A stretch of 64,000 nucleotides of DNA from Vicinamibacterales bacterium (lineage in GTDB: Bacteria; Acidobacteriota; Vicinamibacteria; Vicinamibacterales; SCN-69-37): positions 73,663-137,662 of the forward strand of contig JAKFEY010000059.1 of NCBI GenBank assembly GCA_036675475.1. Direction: 5' to 3'. How positions within the stretch are numbered: the first letter of the stretch is position 1; each line of letters opens with the position of its first letter. Below are positions 57,961 through 64,000 of this stretch, piece by piece. The notes below the pieces were generated by a model. That model had not been told where the DNA came from, made no database searches, and was given only the letters and a program-made list of their open reading frames with translations. The translations under genes and the position numbers were made by a program.

Positions 57961-58613
57961 TGGCGCAGCGGTTCGGCATCATCACCGAAGCGGACGCGCG
58001 CAACCTGCCGGTGGGATCGACCGTTGAGCTCGAGAAGGGCGGACACGTCACCCCGCTGGCTCAGGATACGCTTCGCGAGCGGCGCGTCACGGTCATCGTC
58101 GGCGGTTCGGTCGATCCGGCGCTGCCCCCTGATCTGGCGCCTGTGTCTCCGGCGAAGCGGATCGCCATCGGCTCGGACCACACGGGCCTCGCCATGAAGG
58201 ATGCGCTCATCGCGCACTTCCGGAAGCAGGGCCTCGCGGTCACCGACTACGGCACGAACACGGCTGATGCCGTCGACTATCCGGACATCGCCGGCCGCGT
58301 GGCGAAGGCCGTGGCGCGCACGGAAGCCGACGCGGGGATTGTCATCGACGGCGCCGGCATCGGCTCGACGATTGCGGCCAACAAGGTGAATGGCATCCGC
58401 GCCGCCATGTGTCTCAACCAGACCATCGCGCGCTACGCGCGCGAGCACAACGGCGCGAACGTCGCGGCACTCGGGTCGACGATGATGTCGAACGAGGAGG
58501 CGATTGCCATCGCCGGCATCTTCCTGACGACACCGACGAAGGAGCCGCGGTACCTGCGCCGGCTGTTGAAAGTGAGAGAATTAGAGTGGAACAAGTCGAC
58601 ATCAAACGGCTGA
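57960..58613 (+). CDS. rpiB: Ribose-5-phosphate isomerase B (RpiB/LacA/LacB family) with a ~66-aa N-terminal extension
   Basis: The core starts at [41 protein letters not shown]. The extension is [45 protein letters not shown]... Confidence 0.85.
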   Translation: MAQRFGIITEADARNLPVGSTVELEKGGHVTPLAQDTLRERRVTVIVGGSVDPALPPDLAPVSPAKRIAIGSDHTGLAMKDALIAHFRKQGLAVTDYGTNTADAVDYPDIAGRVAKAVARTEADAGIVIDGAGIGSTIAANKVNGIRAAMCLNQTIARYAREHNGANVAALGSTMMSNEEAIAIAGIFLTTPTKEPRYLRRLLKVRELEWNKSTSNG

Positions 58614-59470
58614 TCGACATCATCACGGCCGAGGTGATTGCCGCCACGCGGCCGTCCGCCGCGCCCGGCGCGCGCTGCGCGTGCCATGCCACGCAGGTCG
58701 ACTGCTGCCCGGACCGGCTTCGCGGTGTCATCGACGCCGGCGCCACGCGCATTGGCCTGCACGCCACCGGCGGCGCGGTGGCAGGCGTGGCGGGCCTTAT
58801 CGATCACACGTTGCTGAAGCCCGATGCCACGCGTCAGGACATCGAGAAACTGTGCCGGGAAGCGGCCGAGCATCATTTCGCCACGGTCTGCGTGAACCCG
58901 ACGTGGGTGGCGCTGTGCGCGAAGCTGCTGGCGCACTCGACAGTGGGTGTCTGCACCGTGGTTGGATTCCCCCTCGGCGCCACCACGCCCGACACGAAGC
59001 ACTATGAAACGCGCCGCGCCATTTTCGACGGCGCGCGCGAGATCGACATGGTCATCAATGTCGGCGCGCTCAAATCGGGCGACCTGCGTGCCGTCGAGCG
59101 TGACATCGAGGCGGTGACGCTGCCGTGCCGCGACTGCGGCGTGATCAGCAAGGTCATCATCGAAGCGGCGCTCCTGACCGACGAGGAGAAGATCACGGCC
59201 TGCACGCTGTCCAAGGCGGCCGGCGCCGACTTCGTGAAGACGTCGACAGGCTTCGGCCCGGGCGGCGCAACGGCCGCCGACGTCGCCCTCATGCGACGTG
59301 TGGTCGGCGAGGACATGGGCGTGAAGGCGGCCGGCGGCGTGCGCGACCTCGAAGGCCTCAAGGCCATGGTCGAGGCGGGCGCGTCGCGCGTGGGCGCGTC
59401 GGCCGGCGTGAAGATCGTCCAGCAGAGCGCCGGCAAGACCGTCGCGGCGTCCGCCCCCGGCGGCTACTGA
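58586..59470 (+). CDS. deoC: Deoxyribose-phosphate aldolase with a ~70-aa N-terminal extension
   Basis: Core [29 protein letters not shown], Schiff-base Lys context [22 protein letters not shown] 58586 overlaps the rpiB end by 28 nt. The extension has an amphipathic helix and four Cys. Confidence 0.85.
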   Translation: MEQVDIKRLIDIITAEVIAATRPSAAPGARCACHATQVDCCPDRLRGVIDAGATRIGLHATGGAVAGVAGLIDHTLLKPDATRQDIEKLCREAAEHHFATVCVNPTWVALCAKLLAHSTVGVCTVVGFPLGATTPDTKHYETRRAIFDGAREIDMVINVGALKSGDLRAVERDIEAVTLPCRDCGVISKVIIEAALLTDEEKITACTLSKAAGADFVKTSTGFGPGGATAADVALMRRVVGEDMGVKAAGGVRDLEGLKAMVEAGASRVGASAGVKIVQQSAGKTVAASAPGGY

Positions 59471-59524
59471 GCGGCCAGCAGGCTGAAGGACCGCGCCACC
59501 GACAGGCTATAATCGCCGCACCTC

Positions 59525-62116
59525 ATGTCACTGTCGCCGGGCTCGCGGCTGGGTCCGTTCGAGATCGTCGCGGCCATCGGCGCCGGCGGAATGGGCGAGG
59601 TCTATCGCGCCCGCGACACGCGGCTGCAGCGTGACGTCGCCATCAAGGTGCTGCCCGCGGCCGTTGCCGCGGATCAGGATCGGCTCGCGCGCTTCGAGCG
59701 CGAAGCCCGCACGCTCGCCTCTCTCAATCATCCCCACATCGCGCAGCTGCACGGCCTCGAGCTCGTCGAGGGCTCCGGGCCGGCGCTCGTCATGGAGCTC
59801 GTCGACGGCGAGGATCTCGCCGAACGCCTGTCGCGAGGGCCTCTGCCGGTCGAGGAAACACTGGCGATCGCCCGGCAGATCGCCGACGCGCTCGACAGCG
59901 CGCACGCGCTCGGCATCGTGCATCGCGATCTGAAGCCGGCCAACGTCAAGGTGCGCGGCGACGGTGTGGTGAAGGTGCTCGACTTCGGTCTCGCGAAGGC
60001 GCTCGATCCGGCTGCGCTGCCGGACGCCTCGCTTGCCAACTCACCGACCATCACAAGCCCGGCGGCGATGACGATGATGGGCGTGATCCTGGGGACCGCC
60101 GTCTACATGTCGCCGGAGCAGGCGCGCGGACGTCCGGTCGACAAGCGCGCCGACATCTGGGCGTTCGGCTGCGTCCTCTACGAAATGCTGACCGGCCGTC
60201 CGGCGTTCGAGGGCGAGACGGTGCCGGACGTGCTCGGCGCGATCGTCAAGACCGAGCCCGACTGGGCGCGCCTGCCCGCCGGCACGCCGCCGCGCATCGT
60301 CAGGCTGCTGCAGCACTGCCTCCGGAAGGATCAGGCGCGGCGTCTGCGCGACATTGGCGACGCGATTGCGCAGTTCGACGCGGCCGATGATGCGCTGGGA
60401 CCGGGCGCCGCCGTCGCGCCGCCATCGTCGCGCGCCCGCATGGCGGCGATCTGGGCCGCTTCGATCGCATTGGCCGGCATCGCGGCCGGCGCCATGGGCT
60501 GGGCCGCGCGTCGGCCCGAGCCAGCGCCGGTGCTCAAGTATCACGTGGCGCTGCAGACCGACGGCGGCGTGATTCACGAGCCCGCGATGTCCCCGGACGG
60601 CCGCCGTGTCGTGTACGTGGGCGGAGCGCGACTCTGGGTGCAGGAACTCGGCGAGTGGAAGGCGCGCGAGCTGGGAGGCACGGAAGCGCCGTCGCGTCCG
60701 TTCTGGTCGCCCGACGGCGAATGGATCGCCTACTTTCGCAGCGAGGCGCTGCTGAAGGTGCCGGCGGCCGGCGGTCCGGTCGTGCGCATCGCGACGCTGC
60801 CCGCGTCGCAGGGCCGCTTCGGTTCCAACTCAGGGGCCTGGGCGCCCGACGGCACAATCACGATCAGCATGGGTTCAGGCCCGCTGCTGCGCGTGGCGGC
60901 CGCCGGCGGCGCGCCCGTTCCGCTCGCTCTGCGGGAAGAGGGCCTCGTCGGGTTCCGTGACCTCGAGATGCTTCCCGGCGGCGGCGTCCTGGGCGGCGTG
61001 CAGAAGCAGGACGGTATCGAGGGGCTCGCCGTGCTGCAGGAGGGCCGTCTGGTGCCTGTTCTAACCATGGACGGCGTGCGCCACGGGGCGTATTCGCGCA
61101 CAGGTCATCTCGTGTTCCAGCGCATGGCGCCCGATCCGACGGTGTGGGCGATTCGCTTCGCGATGGACCGCCTGGCCACTGAAGGAGAGCCCTTCGTGCT
61201 CGGACCGGGGTCGGAGCCGTCCACCGGCGGCGCCGCCACGCTGGCGTTTCAAGGATCCACTGTCTCTCTGCTGCGGCAGCTTGCGACCTTCACGATGGAC
61301 GGCGCCATCGCGTCGCGCATCGGCGAGCCGCGCGAGTGGAACGAAGGCGTGGCGCTGTCGCCGGACGGACGGCGCGTCCTCGCCTCGGCGACCGACGGCA
61401 TCTGGCTCTACGACGTCGGCACCGGCGCGCGGAGCCGCGTCACGACGGGCGGCGACGATGTCTCGCCCGTGTGGCTGCCGAACGACATGATGCTGTTCGT
61501 GCGATACGAGGGGGATCCGATCCTGATGATCAAGCCCGCCTCGTCGCTCGGCGGCGAGCGCGCGCTGGCCCGGCACGCCCGCTTCCCGCGCGTGACGGCC
61601 GACGGCCGCCGCGTGGTGTTCAACACGCGCGAGCCCGGGCGCGCGATGTGGGAAGTGGCGTGGCTCGACCTCGATCGTCCCGACGTCGTCCACAAGCTCG
61701 ATGCGGCGCATGCGGGCGCGCGATTTCCGTCCGTGTCGCCTGACGGAAAGCTCGTCGCCTATATCTCCGGCGAGATGGGACACGACGAAGTGTTCGTCAC
61801 ACGCCTTCCTGGCGGCGAAGGAAAGTGGCAGGTCTCGACCGACGGCGGCGGTTGGACCTACTTCAGCCCGAAGGGCGACGGCATCGTCTATCGCGCGCTC
61901 GACCGAGGGTTCATGTTCGCGCCGGTCTCACAGAACGGGACGGACGTGCGCGTGGGCGCCGCGCGGCGGTTGTTCGACTGGGGCGGCGGCTGGGCGCCCT
62001 TTTATGACATGAGCAGGGATGGCAGCGGCGGCATCACCGCCGTGCCGGCGGGGCGGAGCGTCGCGGTCGGCAGCCTGTCGATCATTCAGAACTGGCACCG
62101 GGAGTTTCGCGAGTGA
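59525..62116 (+). CDS. Ser/Thr protein kinase with TM segment and C-terminal TolB-like beta-propeller repeats
   Basis: IGAGGMGEVYRA, AIKVL, HRDLKPANV, DFGLAK, MSPEQ. TM AAIWAASIALAGIAAGAMGWAA. Repeated SPDG(R/E/K) propeller motifs. Confidence 0.9.
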   Translation: MSLSPGSRLGPFEIVAAIGAGGMGEVYRARDTRLQRDVAIKVLPAAVAADQDRLARFEREARTLASLNHPHIAQLHGLELVEGSGPALVMELVDGEDLAERLSRGPLPVEETLAIARQIADALDSAHALGIVHRDLKPANVKVRGDGVVKVLDFGLAKALDPAALPDASLANSPTITSPAAMTMMGVILGTAVYMSPEQARGRPVDKRADIWAFGCVLYEMLTGRPAFEGETVPDVLGAIVKTEPDWARLPAGTPPRIVRLLQHCLRKDQARRLRDIGDAIAQFDAADDALGPGAAVAPPSSRARMAAIWAASIALAGIAAGAMGWAARRPEPAPVLKYHVALQTDGGVIHEPAMSPDGRRVVYVGGARLWVQELGEWKARELGGTEAPSRPFWSPDGEWIAYFRSEALLKVPAAGGPVVRIATLPASQGRFGSNSGAWAPDGTITISMGSGPLLRVAAAGGAPVPLALREEGLVGFRDLEMLPGGGVLGGVQKQDGIEGLAVLQEGRLVPVLTMDGVRHGAYSRTGHLVFQRMAPDPTVWAIRFAMDRLATEGEPFVLGPGSEPSTGGAATLAFQGSTVSLLRQLATFTMDGAIASRIGEPREWNEGVALSPDGRRVLASATDGIWLYDVGTGARSRVTTGGDDVSPVWLPNDMMLFVRYEGDPILMIKPASSLGGERALARHARFPRVTADGRRVVFNTREPGRAMWEVAWLDLDRPDVVHKLDAAHAGARFPSVSPDGKLVAYISGEMGHDEVFVTRLPGGEGKWQVSTDGGGWTYFSPKGDGIVYRALDRGFMFAPVSQNGTDVRVGAARRLFDWGGGWAPFYDMSRDGSGGITAVPAGRSVAVGSLSIIQNWHREFRE

Positions 62117-63209
62117 CGTGGTGCGTCTGCGTCGGATAGGGAAACGGGATACCGGCCTGGTCGTAGGCCTTCTTCAGCCGGCGGCGCAGCTCGCGTCCCA
62201 CCTCCCACTGCTTCAGCGGCATCGTCTTGATGCGCAGCTTGATCGTCACCCATGAATCGGCGAACGCGTCGACGCCGACCACGTCGATGTCGTCGAGGAT
62301 GAACGGCGCGAAGGCGTCATCCTTTCGCAGTTCCGCGCCCACGCGTTTGACCAGCGCCACCACGGTGTCGGTGTCGGCCGAATACGGGGACGGCAGGTCG
62401 ACGACGTAGTACGAGAAATCCTTGGTGCGGTTCATCACGGCGGTGACCGAGCCGTTGGGGATGATGTGCACCGTGCCCTCGAAATCGCGCAGCACGATGG
62501 TGCGGAGATTCATGTCTTCGACCATGCCGCCGTGCGTGTCGATCTGCACGACGTCGCCGATGCGCACTTCGTTCTCGAGAATCATGAAGAAGCCGCTGAT
62601 GATGTCCTTCACCAGCGTCTGCGCGCCGAAGCCGACGGCCAGGCCCAGGATGCCCGCGCCGGTCAGGATGGGGGTGATGTCGAGGCCCACCTCGCGCAGG
62701 ATCATCAGGCTGGCGACAATCACGACAAGCGTGGTGAGCACATTCTCGACGAGGCCGCCCAGCGTTCTGGCGCGCTTGGCGCGCTCGAGCACCTCGAGGC
62801 CCGCGCCGACGCTCACTTCCTGCTCGAACCGGTTGACCAGCAGGCCGATGACGCGCACCAGCACGAAGGCGATGCCGGCGATGAGCAGCAGGCGCAATCC
62901 GCCTGTCGTGGCCCAGTCCGCCACCGCTGAGAGCCGCAGCCCCCGCCGAAGCGGCTCGCCGGCCAGCTCGAGGATCGGCGGGATCAGCGCGATCAGGAGG
63001 ACGAGGAACAGGGTGAGCCGAACCAGCCGGATGGGTGTGCGGACGACCGGCGTCTTGAGCGAGACCCGCGCGTCTGCCCCGAGGCTGCGGCGCAGCGCCA
63101 GCCGCACGAGCCGCGCGCCGATTTCTGCGGCAAGCGCCGCCAGAAGCGCCGCCGCGAGCACGGCGACGGTCACGGTCTGCCAGTTGGGAGGGTGGAGGAA
63201 GAAGCGCAC
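62082..63209 (-). CDS. Mechanosensitive ion channel family protein (MscS-like)
   Basis: GILGLAVGFGAQTLVKDIISGFFMILENEVRIGDVV (MscS TM3 + beta domain). GTG start 63209. 35-nt convergent overlap with the kinase gene. Confidence 0.85.
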   Translation of the reverse strand: MRFFLHPPNWQTVTVAVLAAALLAALAAEIGARLVRLALRRSLGADARVSLKTPVVRTPIRLVRLTLFLVLLIALIPPILELAGEPLRRGLRLSAVADWATTGGLRLLLIAGIAFVLVRVIGLLVNRFEQEVSVGAGLEVLERAKRARTLGGLVENVLTTLVVIVASLMILREVGLDITPILTGAGILGLAVGFGAQTLVKDIISGFFMILENEVRIGDVVQIDTHGGMVEDMNLRTIVLRDFEGTVHIIPNGSVTAVMNRTKDFSYYVVDLPSPYSADTDTVVALVKRVGAELRKDDAFAPFILDDIDVVGVDAFADSWVTIKLRIKTMPLKQWEVGRELRRRLKKAYDQAGIPFPYPTQTHHVTRETPGASSE

Positions 63210-63214
63210 CGTTA

Positions 63215-63301
63215 AAGCCTAAAGCCTGAAGCCATAAGCCGAAAGCTTAAGACGAAACGGCCGTCTTCAGCTCAAGGCTTGTGGCTTCAGGCGTTCGGCT
63301 T
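63215..63301. repeat. 40-nt-arm imperfect hairpin made of 5+5 degenerate heptamers (AAGCCnn / nnGGCTT)
   Basis: AAGCCTA AAGCCTG AAGCCAT AAGCCGA AAGCTTA AGACG aaacggc CGTCT TCAGCTC AAGGCTT GTGGCTT CAGGCGT TCGGCTT. About 33/40 paired. It sits between the stop of the HTH gene (63303) and the start of the MscS gene (63209). Confidence 0.75.
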
Positions 63302-63302
63302 G

Positions 63303-63509
63303 CTAAATGCCGTACCTTTGCAGGCGCCGGTACAACGCGCTGCGCGAGAGCCCGAGGCTCTTCGCCGCTCTGCTGACGTTTCCGTCGAACCGCGTCATCG
63401 CGCGCTTGATCAACAGGCATTCGACCTGTTCGAGGCTCATGTCGTCGAGCCGCGCCACGGCTTCCGGCCAGGCGTCCAGCGCGTCGGGTTGGTGATTGAC
63501 CATCAGCAT
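63303..63509 (-). CDS. Stand-alone Fis-type helix-turn-helix protein (HTH_8-like)
   Basis: 68 aa. LEQVECLLIKRAMTRFDGNVSRAAKSLGLSRSALYRRLQRYGI matches the C-terminal DNA-binding module of NtrC/Fis proteins. Confidence 0.7.
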   Translation of the reverse strand: MLMVNHQPDALDAWPEAVARLDDMSLEQVECLLIKRAMTRFDGNVSRAAKSLGLSRSALYRRLQRYGI

Positions 63510-63521
63510 GATCGCCCTCGC

Positions 63522-64000
<479 letters not shown>

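Noticed and set aside
56054-59470. A complete bacterial microcompartment locus around rpiB/deoC
   Set aside because: No ORF in the window resembles BMC-H (about 90-100 aa, ...IETxG...AAD...) or BMC-P shell proteins. Only the enzyme extensions are suggestive, so this is reported as a hypothesis rather than called as a feature.
59508-59513. TATAAT 12 nt upstream of the kinase ATG (and TATAAT at 3498-3503), possible leaderless promoters
   Set aside because: I could find no convincing -35 element, and single hexamer matches occur by chance. Not reported as features.

Overview
A 64-kb chromosomal segment from a visibly very GC-rich bacterium (GC not computed). By inference the source is probably Acidobacteriota. 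The supporting genes are an ADOP-type duplicated MacB/FtsX permease, a PadR+permease pair, an acidobacterial-style secreted VWA protein, and a Ser/Thr kinase fused to a TolB-like propeller. I call about 58 protein genes and one tRNA-Val(CAC).

Most genes are housekeeping:
- tRNA ligases: hisS, aspS, glyQ, glyS
- DNA repair: mutL, uvrB, recO, rarA
- Core functions: ppdK, moaA, greA, and the phoH-ybeY-CNNM/CorC-era operon joined by ATGA stop/start overlaps
- Membrane and ion transport: mlaEFD followed by YtxH and DUF948 genes, mgtE, corA, nhaA, an MscS-family channel
- A nucleotide-salvage cluster: upp, an amidohydrolase, hpt, rpiB, deoC

Accessory content is small: a VapBC-type toxin-antitoxin pair, one REP-associated tyrosine transposase (RAYT), a PadR-permease cassette, and a few orphan proteins. 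I see no rRNA, CRISPR array, prophage or recognisable defence island, and I cannot point to a clear novel multi-gene protein system.

The most unusual content is non-coding. There are four short-repeat families:
1. An 18-nt REP core (AAATGGGGACGGGTCTAATT) that flanks the RAYT in inverted orientation and recurs at gene boundaries.
2. A GTAG + GC-hairpin REP.
3. A ~105-120-nt palindromic element present three times, two of them bracketing the PadR-permease cassette.
4. Long imperfect hairpins whose arms are degenerate heptanucleotide tandem arrays, each locus using a different word. Some copies sit inside or across coding sequence.

A second lead is the rpiB/deoC pair. Both enzymes carry N-terminal extensions that resemble microcompartment targeting peptides, but no shell genes are present in the window. 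Many long antisense ORFs in the track are GC-bias artefacts.
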